Source: Alkaliphilus sp. (lineage in GTDB: Bacteria > Bacillota > Clostridia > Peptostreptococcales > NVVX01). Taken from it: a DNA stretch of 64,000 nucleotides. This document shows positions 29,236-38,748 of this stretch, piece after piece (the first letter of the stretch is position 1; each line of letters begins with the position of its first letter). Under the pieces are notes generated by a model. The model was given only the letters and a program-made list of their open reading frames with translations. It was not told where the DNA came from and did no database searches. The stretch is taken from assembly GCA_002733545.1 (NCBI GenBank), contig NVVX01000001.1:45099-109098 (forward strand), given 5' to 3'. Position numbers and translations under genes: made by a program.

Positions 29236-30774
29236 ATGCAATTAGAAAAATTGTTGAAAAACGTACAAAAAATAAATATAGTTGGAAAAGCCGAAATAAA
29301 CATAGAGAAGATTTGCTATGATTCTAGAAAAATAGAAAAAAACGACATGTTTATATGCATAAAAGGATTCGAGCATGACGGACATTTATTTATTGAAGAG
29401 GCAATAGAAAATGGTGCTACTGTTATTGTTGTTGAAGCAGGGCACAAATGGAAACACAAGGGGACGGTTCTCTTGTGTCTCTCTAAAAGGACACAACAGG
29501 ACACAAGAGAACCGTCCCCTTGTGTTTCTCTTCCTACAATAGTGTATGTAGAAGATACAAGAAAAGCGATGGCAGAGATAGCTAATAATTTTTATGAAAC
29601 TCCTAGTGCTAAGATGAAAATAGTAGGGATAACAGGGACTAATGGAAAGACGTCGGTCTCGTATATGCTTATGGACATACTGAAAAAAAATGGGAACAAA
29701 TCAGGCTTAATAGGAACTATTTCATATACTACAGGCAAAGCTAAACAAACTGCTATGAGGACAACACCAGAATCTATAGACTTGAATAGATTATTAAATG
29801 ACATGGTCGTTAATAATATGGATAGTTGCGTTATGGAAGTATCTTCTCATTCATTAGAGTTGGACAGAGTATGGGGAATTCATTTTAATGTTGGAGTTTT
29901 TACTAATCTCTCATCTGACCACTTAGATTTCCATGGAAATTTAGAAAACTACAAGAATGCAAAGAAAAAACTATTTACTAAAACTGAGCAATTTAATGTG
30001 ATAAATATTGATGACGAAGTAGGAGCAGAAATAGCAAAAGAATTTGACAAATTATCAACACCAGTATTGACGTATGGTATAAATAGTTGTGCTAGTATTT
30101 ATGCCAAGGAGATTAAGCTTACAAACTTGTCAGTGGATTTCGACCTTGTTACACCTACGTTTAATACTAGAGTTAGAATTAATACCCCAGGTTTGTTTAC
30201 AGTATACAATGCGCTTGCTGCTATTTCTAGTGCATACGCCCTAAAGATCTCTGAATCTGCAATTGTTAAAGGCATAACAAGCTTTAGAGGAGTTCCGGGA
30301 AGATTTATGAGAGTGCAAGAATTTAATGAAATTTCTGTAATAGTTGATTACGCACATACTCCCGACGGATTATTGAATGTGCTAAACACAATAAATGCTT
30401 TCAAAAAGAATAGAATTATCACTGTCTTTGGATGTGGTGGAGATAGAGATAAGAAAAAAAGATCTGTCATGGGTAGAATTGCTGGCAAATTGAGCGATTT
30501 TACAATTATAACATCAGATAATCCTAGGTCTGAAAAAGCAGAATTAATAGCATCAATGATAGTAGAAGGAATAAAAGAAACAGATGCTAATTACAAGGTC
30601 ATTCTAAACAGAAAAGACGCAATCAATTATGCAATAAAACATGCAAAAGTAGGAGATACTATTTTAATTGCAGGTAAGGGACATGAAACGACGCAAGTTG
30701 TTGGAGAGAAGACACTCTATTTTAACGATACAGAAACCGCAATTTTAGTGGGTAGAGAAGAGGGTATTATATGA
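29236..30774 (+). CDS. murE: UDP-MurNAc-tripeptide synthetase (meso-DAP type) carrying an in-frame palindromic insertion
   Basis: GITGTNGKTS, TTPES, MEVSSH, DYAHTPD, FGCGGDRD, DNPR and AGKGHE. Confidence 0.96.
   Translation: MQLEKLLKNVQKINIVGKAEINIEKICYDSRKIEKNDMFICIKGFEHDGHLFIEEAIENGATVIVVEAGHKWKHKGTVLLCLSKRTQQDTREPSPCVSLPTIVYVEDTRKAMAEIANNFYETPSAKMKIVGITGTNGKTSVSYMLMDILKKNGNKSGLIGTISYTTGKAKQTAMRTTPESIDLNRLLNDMVVNNMDSCVMEVSSHSLELDRVWGIHFNVGVFTNLSSDHLDFHGNLENYKNAKKKLFTKTEQFNVINIDDEVGAEIAKEFDKLSTPVLTYGINSCASIYAKEIKLTNLSVDFDLVTPTFNTRVRINTPGLFTVYNALAAISSAYALKISESAIVKGITSFRGVPGRFMRVQEFNEISVIVDYAHTPDGLLNVLNTINAFKKNRIITVFGCGGDRDKKKRSVMGRIAGKLSDFTIITSDNPRSEKAELIASMIVEGIKETDANYKVILNRKDAINYAIKHAKVGDTILIAGKGHETTQVVGEKTLYFNDTETAILVGREEGII
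29451..29528. repeat. REPIN-like palindromic element inside murE (78 bp, 26 codons)
   Basis: Perfect 29-bp inverted repeat GAAACACAAGGGGACGGTTCTCTTGTGTC (29451-29479) / 29500-29528 with a 20-nt spacer. Confidence 0.95.
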
Positions 30775-32291
30775 TACAACTAACAATTGAGAGCATTGTA
30801 AATGCGTGTAATGGAATAATAATCCGTAAAGGCGCTAACAACTATATCAAGGGTATTTCAACAGACACACGTAGGATACAACCAGAGATGTTGTTTATTC
30901 CATTAGTAGGTGAAAACTATGATGGACACGACTTTGTTATAGATGCGAGCAAAAAAGGAATTTACGCTACTTTAGTAGAAAAGAACAAGAAACTTACATT
31001 CTTAAATGAATTGGAGAACATCTATGTTATAGAGGTTGAAAACACACTTAAAGCTCTAAAAGACATCAGTAAAAAGTATAAAGAGCGTTTTCAAATACCA
31101 TTCATTGCCGTAACAGGCAGCAATGGCAAGACATCTACTAAGGATATGATTAGCGCAGTTTTGTCTTCAAGATACAAAACTCTTAAGAGTGAAGGCAATT
31201 TTAATAATCAAATAGGTTTACCTCTAACATTGTTTAATTTGGATAAATCTCATGAGTTCGCAGTTTTAGAGATGGGAATGTCGTCATTTGGAGAAATAGA
31301 AGGTCTAGTTGACATAGTTAATCCAAATATAGCTGTGGTTACAAACATTGGCATGGCACATATTGAAAACTTAGGAAGTAAAGAGAACATAATGAAAGCA
31401 AAAATGGAAATATCTAAAAATCTATCAGAAGAAGATATTCTATTATTTAACGGAGATGATGAGTACTTAAAGTCTATACAACACAAGGAACACATGGAAC
31501 ACATGGAACACATGGGGACGGTTCTTCTGTGTTGCTCTGAACTTGATTGCAACAACACAGAAGAACCGTCCCCGTGTGTTCAACAGAACGACACAGAAGA
31601 ACCGTCCCCTTGTGTTCCAAGATATAAAGCTATCAGTTTTGGAATGGATAAAACTAATGACTTTTATCCTGAAAAAATATATGATTTAGGGGATAAAGGA
31701 GTTGCTTTTGATATACTCATTAATAGGGAGACAGAAAAATTCTACATAAAGCAACCCGGATTACATAATGTTTATAATGCCTTAGTTGCAATTTGGGTAG
31801 GGCTGTTTTATGAAATTACACCTAAAGAAATAAACAAATCCCTACATTCATATATACCAACAAAAATGAGAATGGAAATAATAGAAAATAACAATTGTAA
31901 AATTATTAATGATTGCTACAACGCTAGCCCCAATTCTATGAAAGCAGCTTTGTCTGTATTAGCAAACTCAGTTGGAAAAAGAAAAATAGCAATTTTAGCT
32001 AATATGTTAGAAATGGGAAGATTTTCTGAAAAAGGACACCGATTTGTAGGAAAATGTGTAGCTGAGAATAAGATTGATATTTTGATAACTGTCGGCGAAG
32101 AAGCTAAATGGATAGCTGACGAAGCGAAAAACGCTGGACTTGATAAAAGAAATATATTTAAGGTTGGCAAAATTCAAGAAACAAACCTACTCTTACTAGA
32201 AATTATCAAGCAAGGGGATACTATATTAGTCAAAGGTTCAAGAGGTATGCAAATGGAAAATATTGTCCAACTTTTACTAGAGAGGTGCTAA
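30771..32291 (+). CDS. murF: UDP-MurNAc-pentapeptide synthetase carrying an in-frame palindromic insertion
   Basis: TDTR, AVTGSNGKTSTK, NFNNQIGLP, LEMGMS, NDCYNASP and VKGSRGM. Confidence 0.95.
   Translation: MIQLTIESIVNACNGIIIRKGANNYIKGISTDTRRIQPEMLFIPLVGENYDGHDFVIDASKKGIYATLVEKNKKLTFLNELENIYVIEVENTLKALKDISKKYKERFQIPFIAVTGSNGKTSTKDMISAVLSSRYKTLKSEGNFNNQIGLPLTLFNLDKSHEFAVLEMGMSSFGEIEGLVDIVNPNIAVVTNIGMAHIENLGSKENIMKAKMEISKNLSEEDILLFNGDDEYLKSIQHKEHMEHMEHMGTVLLCCSELDCNNTEEPSPCVQQNDTEEPSPCVPRYKAISFGMDKTNDFYPEKIYDLGDKGVAFDILINRETEKFYIKQPGLHNVYNALVAIWVGLFYEITPKEINKSLHSYIPTKMRMEIIENNNCKIINDCYNASPNSMKAALSVLANSVGKRKIAILANMLEMGRFSEKGHRFVGKCVAENKIDILITVGEEAKWIADEAKNAGLDKRNIFKVGKIQETNLLLLEIIKQGDTILVKGSRGMQMENIVQLLLERC
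31481..31618. repeat. Expanded REPIN-like element inside murF (138 bp, 46 codons)
   Basis: Tandem 9-mers ACACAWGGA, a left arm at 31505-31534, and two right arms at 31553-31581 and 31591-31618 (36-bp period). Same GGGGACGGTTCT core as the murE element. Confidence 0.95.
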
Positions 32292-32297
32292 AAAAAC

Positions 32298-33290
32298 ATG
32301 CAGTTTAAACAACTACTATACATAATAATAATTGCTTTTATAATAACTATGGTTTTAGGTCCGTTAATTATTCCGCATTTAAAAAAACTCAAAGTAGGGC
32401 AAATGATTCGAGAAGATGGGCCTAAGAGTCATAAATCCAAAAGAGGAACTCCTACAATGGGAGGGATAATAATAATTGCTTCAATTTTTGCAACTTCACT
32501 TACCGCAGGAATCATAGATAATGACTTGATTATCGCTCTTGTAGCAACATTGGCTTTTGGTCTAATTGGATTTATAGATGATTTTATTAAAATAGTATTA
32601 AAGCGATCGCTTGGTCTACGAGCATATCAAAAAATGGCATTGCAATTGATAGTTGCTTCCGTATTAGCAATATACCAAGCAAATTCTTCAATAATTGGCA
32701 CAAGAATTATTATACCATTTATTCAGGGGAGTATAGAGATTGGAAATATTGTAATTCCTCAATATTTTGACTTAGGAGTATTTTTTGTTCCTTTTACAGT
32801 GCTAGTTGTTGTTGCAATAGTGAATGCTGTTAATTTAACGGATGGACTAGATGGTTTAGCAACAGGGGTAACACTGATTGTTGCAGCATTTTTCACGTTA
32901 ATTGCATTTAACTGGGGATATACGAGTTTAGCAATATTTGCTGGGGCTCTTACAGGGTCATGTTTAGGCTTTTTAAGATATAATTCGCATCCAGCTCAGA
33001 TTTTTATGGGAGACACTGGATCTCTAGCTTTAGGAGGCGCAATTGCAGCAGTTGCAGTACTAATGAATATTACATTAATTATTCCTATTGTAGGTGGCAT
33101 ATTCTTTGCCGAAACAATATCAGTCATTATCCAAGTTATTTCATATAAAACAACAGGAAAGCGTGTATTTAAAATGAGTCCACTACATCATCACTATGAA
33201 TTAAGTGGGTGGGCAGAAACAAAAATAGTAGTTGTATTTTGGATTATAACAGTTGTGCTTTGTTTATTAGGAGTAATAGCGTTAAGTTAA
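32298..33290 (+). CDS. mraY: Phospho-MurNAc-pentapeptide transferase
   Basis: GTPTMGG, GFIDD, NAVNLTDGLDGL, FMGDTGS and PLHHHYE. Confidence 0.97.
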   Translation: MQFKQLLYIIIIAFIITMVLGPLIIPHLKKLKVGQMIREDGPKSHKSKRGTPTMGGIIIIASIFATSLTAGIIDNDLIIALVATLAFGLIGFIDDFIKIVLKRSLGLRAYQKMALQLIVASVLAIYQANSSIIGTRIIIPFIQGSIEIGNIVIPQYFDLGVFFVPFTVLVVVAIVNAVNLTDGLDGLATGVTLIVAAFFTLIAFNWGYTSLAIFAGALTGSCLGFLRYNSHPAQIFMGDTGSLALGGAIAAVAVLMNITLIIPIVGGIFFAETISVIIQVISYKTTGKRVFKMSPLHHHYELSGWAETKIVVVFWIITVVLCLLGVIALS

Positions 33291-33313
33291 CGAATAGGAA
33301 AGTGGGTAAAAAA

Positions 33314-34699
33314 ATGTTTTTAGCAGATAAAAGAATACTGATTATAGGATTAGCAGTAACTGGGGTGCCATTGGTGAAAGTATTAAGTAAACTAGGTGCA
33401 AAAATAGTAGTAAATGATATGAAATCTAGAGAAAAGTTAGAAGAATCAATTTTGGAACTCGAAGACTATAAAATAGAATATATTCTTGGAAAACACCCAG
33501 CCAGTCTCGATGAAATTGGTCATATTGACTTAGTAGTTGTTTCTCCAGGAATCCCACTAGAGATTCCTTTCATCAAAAATATTATTAATAATCAAATTGA
33601 GATTATAGGAGAAATTGAACTTGCATATAGATTAACAAAAGCAAGTATAGTAGCCATAACCGGTACTAATGGAAAAACAACTACAACTGCATTGATTGGA
33701 GAAATTTTCAAAAAAGCAAACTTGAAAGCGCATATTGTGGGAAACATTGGAGTTGCAGCTATTTCAAAGGCACTAGAATCTAAACCTGAGGACGTTATGG
33801 TTATGGAAGTGAGTAGTTTTCAACTAGAGACCATAGTAGAATTTCATCCTAAGATATCAGTTTTGCTTAATATAACATCTGACCACCTAGATCGACATAA
33901 GACTATGCAAAATTACAAAAATGCGAAAGCTAATATATTTAATAAGCAAAATAGTAATGATTATGCTGTAATTAATTTTGATGATCCTTTAGTTAGAGAA
34001 ATGAGCAAAAAAATTACTGCAAAGAAAGTTTTTTTTAGTAGAAAGAAGATATTAAATGAAGGGATTTATGTTGAGGACGACAATATCGTAATTTTTTTCG
34101 GAAAAAAAGTAAGGGTAATACAAATTGACAAACTAAAAATACTAGGAAAACACAATCTAGAAAATGCCTTAGCTGCTACAGCTATTGCATATATAATGGG
34201 TATTGAAGCCAGCGCAATTAAAGATACATTAGAAACTTTTGAAGGAGTTAAGCATAGACTTGAATTTGTTGACACTATAAATGGTGTTAAGTTTATTAAT
34301 GACTCAAAAGGTACTAACCCGTGTGCATCTATTAAGGCAATTGAAGCTGTAAAAAAACCAATTATATTAATAGCTGGAGGGATGGATAAAGGTGGAGAGT
34401 TTAGAGAGTTCGTCAAAGCATTCGCTGGTAAAGTAAGTAGGATGTTAGTTTACGGAGAAACTACAGATAAATTATACTGTGCAGCATTAGAAGAAGGTTT
34501 CATAAAAGTGCAGAAAGTATGTGATTTAGAAAAGGCAGTGCGTGTTGCTTTCGAAAATTCTACTTCTGGAGATACAATATTACTTTCACCAGCGTGCGCT
34601 AGCTGGGATATGTATTCGAATTTTGAAAAAAGGGGAGAACATTTCAAAGAAATAGTTTCATCAATAAGGGGTGCTGTAATTGAAGAAAAAAAATCCTAG
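33314..34699 (+). CDS. murD: UDP-MurNAc-L-Ala-D-Glu ligase
   Basis: VVSPGIP, AITGTNGKTTT, NDSKGTN and LLSPACASWD. Start placed at ATG 33314. Confidence 0.95.
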   Translation: MFLADKRILIIGLAVTGVPLVKVLSKLGAKIVVNDMKSREKLEESILELEDYKIEYILGKHPASLDEIGHIDLVVVSPGIPLEIPFIKNIINNQIEIIGEIELAYRLTKASIVAITGTNGKTTTTALIGEIFKKANLKAHIVGNIGVAAISKALESKPEDVMVMEVSSFQLETIVEFHPKISVLLNITSDHLDRHKTMQNYKNAKANIFNKQNSNDYAVINFDDPLVREMSKKITAKKVFFSRKKILNEGIYVEDDNIVIFFGKKVRVIQIDKLKILGKHNLENALAATAIAYIMGIEASAIKDTLETFEGVKHRLEFVDTINGVKFINDSKGTNPCASIKAIEAVKKPIILIAGGMDKGGEFREFVKAFAGKVSRMLVYGETTDKLYCAALEEGFIKVQKVCDLEKAVRVAFENSTSGDTILLSPACASWDMYSNFEKRGEHFKEIVSSIRGAVIEEKKS

Positions 34700-35798
34700 T
34701 GACTCAACAATAACTCTTGTAGTAGCTTCTCTTGTAGCTATAGGCGTGATAATGGTTTTTAGTTCAAGTTTTGCGTATGCACTAGTTAATATGAATGACG
34801 GATACTTTTTTTTAAAAAGAGTTAGTATGTGGGCAGTTATAGGCTCTATATCAATGTATATTTGTGCTAAAATTCCATACCGCCAATGGAGCAAATTTGC
34901 TAATTTGATACTACTTATTAGCATAGGACTGCTAATAACCGTTTTAACACCAATAGGTACAGAAATCAACGGAGCCAGTCGGTGGATAGTCATAGGTGGA
35001 ATTTCTATTATGCCTTCTGAAATTGCTAAATTTGCTGTAATTATATTTATTCCAATAAGTATTCATAGAAAAAAAGAAACAATCAGGACTTTTTCAAAGG
35101 GAGTAATGCCATATTTACTTATAATTGCTGTTTTTTTCATATTAATATACGAGCAACCAGATTTGAGTACTGCTTTTGTAGTGGCAGTAGTAATAATGTC
35201 AATGCTTTTCGTTGGCGGAATGAGAATGCTGCATTTTGTAACATTGGCTGGTATAGGATTAACGAGTATAGGTGCTATGGTTACATATTTGCTAATGAGT
35301 GGTGATGGGCATATTGCAAGGAGAATAACTTCATTTCTAGATCCTTGGGCAGATCCTCTAGGAAGTGGATTTCAGGCAATACAATCATTACTAGCTTTGG
35401 GAGCGGGAGGTTTGTTTGGTAGAGGGCTTGGCAGAAGTGTTCAAAAACAATTTTACTTGCCAGAACCACAAAATGATTTTATCTTTGCAATTATAGGTGA
35501 AGAACTAGGCTTTATAGGCTGCGTAACGATTTTATTGTTATTTGTTTTATTAATTTGGAGAGGAATAAGAATTGCAATAAATGCTCCTGATTTAGTAGGA
35601 TGCCTAATGGCAACTGGGATTGTTACAATGATAACGGTTCAAGTTATAATTAATGTAGCAGTTGCAACTTCTTCAATGCCTGTTACAGGAATGGCATTAC
35701 CGTTTATAAGTTTTGGAGGGAATTCTCTAGTAATATTCATGGCATTGATAGGAATTTTACTAAACATATCCAAGTATTTGACTAGCGAAGGTGGGTAA
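34680..35798 (+). CDS. spoVE: SEDS peptidoglycan polymerase FtsW/SpoVE
   Basis: GASRWI, PSEIAK, QPDLST, LPEPQNDFIFA and LPFISFGG. FtsW and SpoVE cannot be told apart from sequence alone. Confidence 0.85.
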   Translation: MKKKNPSDSTITLVVASLVAIGVIMVFSSSFAYALVNMNDGYFFLKRVSMWAVIGSISMYICAKIPYRQWSKFANLILLISIGLLITVLTPIGTEINGASRWIVIGGISIMPSEIAKFAVIIFIPISIHRKKETIRTFSKGVMPYLLIIAVFFILIYEQPDLSTAFVVAVVIMSMLFVGGMRMLHFVTLAGIGLTSIGAMVTYLLMSGDGHIARRITSFLDPWADPLGSGFQAIQSLLALGAGGLFGRGLGRSVQKQFYLPEPQNDFIFAIIGEELGFIGCVTILLLFVLLIWRGIRIAINAPDLVGCLMATGIVTMITVQVIINVAVATSSMPVTGMALPFISFGGNSLVIFMALIGILLNISKYLTSEGG

Positions 35799-35889
35799 AG
35801 TGTAACACCTGTGAAGTTTACTCATATTATAACTATGTATTTCATTATACTTTTTCTTAATATGAACAATATTTTGGAGGTGTTTGCAG

Positions 35890-37143
35890 ATGAGCAAGTA
35901 CATTATTGTTGGTGGAAACAAAATTGAAGGAGAATTAAGTATACAAGGGGCAAAAAACGCGGTGTTGCCGCTAATTGCTGCTACTGTGTTAAATAGCAGT
36001 ACGAACATAATACATGACATACCTGAAATAACAGATGTTGAAATAATGATAAAAATATTAGAATCGCTAGGATGTACTGTGAAAAGAGAAAACAAAACGC
36101 TAATTGTTGATTCATCTAGGCTACATAATTATGAAATACCAGAAGTGTACGTAAGAGAAATGAGATCGTCAATAGTATTTTTAGGTGCGATGCTATCAAG
36201 ATTTGGAAAAATAAAAGTAAGCTATCCAGGAGGATGTGAAATTGGTTCAAGACCAATTGATTTACACTTAAGAGCTTTAAAGCAAATGGGTGCAGTTATT
36301 GAAGAAAAACATGGTTTTATAGTATGTGAAACTGTAAACTTAAGAGGATGTGAAATTCAATTAGATTTTCCTAGCGTTGGAGCAACTGAAAATATAATGC
36401 TAGCAGCAGTGCGTTCTCGTGGAACAACAGTAATTAGAAATGCGGCTAGAGAACCTGAAGTCATTGAGTTAGGCAATTATATTAATGCTATGGGAGGAAG
36501 AGTGTTCGGTGCAGGAACCGCAACTATTTTCATACATGGCGTAGAAAAATTACATGAGATTGAATACAAAATCATCCCAGATCGCATAGTTACAGGCACA
36601 TATTTGATTGCTGCAGCTATAACTGGTGGAGAAATTCTTCTCAAAAACGTTGTTCCTGATCACTTACAGTCTGTTGTTTCGAAGCTAAGAGAGACCGGAT
36701 GCATAATTAGAAGTGATAAAAATTCGATTGAATTAAAAACACCTAGAAAGCTTAATTCCCTCGAATCAATTAAAACACTTCCATATCCCGGTTTTCCGAC
36801 TGACATGCAGTCACAAATGATGGCATTAACAACAATTTGTGATGGAACAAGTCTATTTATTGAAAATATTTTTGAAAGTAGATACAAACATGTGAATGAA
36901 CTAATAAGAATGGGTGCAAACATTATACTAGATGGCAGAGTCGCATTAGTTAAGGGTGTGAAAAAATTAACTGGTGCAAGTGTCACTGCAAGAGATTTGA
37001 GAGGGGGGGCATGTCTACTTTTAGCTGGGTTAGCAGCAGAAGGAGAAACAGTTTTAGAAAATGCTCATCATATTGAAAGAGGATACGACAACATACACAA
37101 AGACATTTCAAAAGTTGGAGGAAATATAGTTAAAATACAATAG
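35890..37143 (+). CDS. murA: UDP-GlcNAc 1-carboxyvinyltransferase
   Basis: GAKNAVLP, PGGCEIGSRPIDLH, SVGATEN and PYPGFPTDMQ. Confidence 0.95.
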   Translation: MSKYIIVGGNKIEGELSIQGAKNAVLPLIAATVLNSSTNIIHDIPEITDVEIMIKILESLGCTVKRENKTLIVDSSRLHNYEIPEVYVREMRSSIVFLGAMLSRFGKIKVSYPGGCEIGSRPIDLHLRALKQMGAVIEEKHGFIVCETVNLRGCEIQLDFPSVGATENIMLAAVRSRGTTVIRNAAREPEVIELGNYINAMGGRVFGAGTATIFIHGVEKLHEIEYKIIPDRIVTGTYLIAAAITGGEILLKNVVPDHLQSVVSKLRETGCIIRSDKNSIELKTPRKLNSLESIKTLPYPGFPTDMQSQMMALTTICDGTSLFIENIFESRYKHVNELIRMGANIILDGRVALVKGVKKLTGASVTARDLRGGACLLLAGLAAEGETVLENAHHIERGYDNIHKDISKVGGNIVKIQ

Positions 37144-37164
37144 CTTAGAAAGATGTGAAGGAAT

Positions 37165-37932
37165 ATGAACAATAAAATTATTAGAAAAAAATTATTACTT
37201 AGAAGAATAACCACAATCTTTCTATTTTTCATTTTGTTTGTTTTATGGACATATTACTATTTTATGCAATCAGATTTTTTTGAATTGCGCGAAGTTCTAG
37301 TTAGTGGGAATAGTATTATAGAAGAAAATGTAGTTGTAAAACTATCTGAATTAGAATTTGGAAGAAACATTTTAAAATACAATCTAACCAATATTGAAAA
37401 TTCAATTTCTACACATCCGTATGTAAAAAATGTAAACGTTAGAAGAAAACTATTTAATACAATTATTATAGATATAACAGAAAGGCTAGAATATGCTATA
37501 ATTATATATATGGGATCAAATATTTATATTGATAAAGATGCTAAAATATTAAAAGCTGATGATAGCTACTTCAAACAAAATCTTCCTCTTATTACTTCAG
37601 TAGAGTTGCTAGATTTTAGCGTAGGCGAATATCTTGTTCTATCTAATGAGAATAAATTAGAAAGAGCATTACAAATAATTCAAGCAGCTAAAGCAACTGA
37701 AATAATAAATTTGATATCGGAGATAAGCCTAAGAGAAGAGAATATTAGAATAATCACTGTAGATGGGATTGAAGTAATAGTTTCAGAAACTGAGTGTCCT
37801 GTCTACATGATGCTAGCACTAGAAGAAATATTAAGCGAGTTAGAATCAATAAACAGAAAAAATGTTATTGTTGATATGAGAAATGATGGGGTTGTTACTG
37901 TAAGAGAAAGAGACGTGCAGGAGGAAGACTGA
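37165..37932 (+). CDS. ftsQ: FtsQ/DivIB-type POTRA domain protein
   Basis: Single TM helix, V.VSGN..I, HPYVKNVNVRRK..NTI.IDITER and C-terminal VDMR. Position in the dcw cluster fits. Confidence 0.8.
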   Translation: MNNKIIRKKLLLRRITTIFLFFILFVLWTYYYFMQSDFFELREVLVSGNSIIEENVVVKLSELEFGRNILKYNLTNIENSISTHPYVKNVNVRRKLFNTIIIDITERLEYAIIIYMGSNIYIDKDAKILKADDSYFKQNLPLITSVELLDFSVGEYLVLSNENKLERALQIIQAAKATEIINLISEISLREENIRIITVDGIEVIVSETECPVYMMLALEEILSELESINRKNVIVDMRNDGVVTVRERDVQEED

Positions 37933-38642
37933 TGATAGATTTAAAAGGAAAAATCGCAATTATTATACTGTGCGCAATACTGGGATTTGTAATTGCTATG
38001 CAAATTCAAGCTGTAAGACAAGCAACCGGAGGAAACAAATTCCTCAATCAAAGAGCACAGCACATGGTAAGTGAACTTAGAAGTCTACGTAATGAAAAAG
38101 AAAAACTTAATCAAGAATTGGACGATATTGAAAATAGATTGCGTGAATATGAAATTAGTGAAGCTGATGAGAGTATTATTGTAAGAAATTTAAAAAAGGA
38201 TCTTAGTAAATACCATATATTCACAGGATTTGTTCCTGTTCAAGGACCAGGTATTACAATTACACTCGATGATAAACAATCTGAAGGGGTTAGTTTTCTT
38301 ATGTATAATTATGAAATACTATTGGATTTAGTTAATGAACTAAACGCAGCTGGTGCTGAAGCTATTGCTATTAACGATCAAAGACTTCTATCTACGACAG
38401 GTATTCATTATTTTTCAAATGCAGTAATGATAAATTCTATACCAACTACCCCACCTTTTGTGATTACTGCAATAGGTAATCCGCAGGCGTTAGAAGCATC
38501 TGTAAACATGAGGTTTGGAATAATATGGAATATAAGGCAAGAAAATAATTTGACAGTGATTACAAAGGAAGAAGAAAACATAACTTTACAAATATATAGT
38601 GAAACAATACAGTTTAAGTATGCGAGACCTATTGAAAATTAG
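37932..38642 (+). CDS. DUF881 (YlxW-like) protein
   Basis: TM helix plus coiled coil. GPGITITLDD, VNELNAAGAEAIAINDQR and PFVITAIG. Confidence 0.88.
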   Translation: MIDLKGKIAIIILCAILGFVIAMQIQAVRQATGGNKFLNQRAQHMVSELRSLRNEKEKLNQELDDIENRLREYEISEADESIIVRNLKKDLSKYHIFTGFVPVQGPGITITLDDKQSEGVSFLMYNYEILLDLVNELNAAGAEAIAINDQRLLSTTGIHYFSNAVMINSIPTTPPFVITAIGNPQALEASVNMRFGIIWNIRQENNLTVITKEEENITLQIYSETIQFKYARPIEN

Positions 38643-38748
38643 CACTAATTTGTGGTATCATATGAAGTTGTTTTTAATCACTACTTGCTTTGTTTTGAGT
38701 TATAGTTTTAATGTTCACTAAAGAGAAGATTTTAGCAGGAGGACACAA

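Noticed and set aside
29451..29528. murE/murF inserts as inteins or group I/II introns
   Set aside because: They are far too short, and they lack the intein terminal His-Asn motif and any recognisable intron core.
31481..31618. Repeats in murF read as a mini CRISPR array
   Set aside because: The units are inverted and tandem with no unique spacers of regular length, they lie in frame within a gene, and no cas genes are present.
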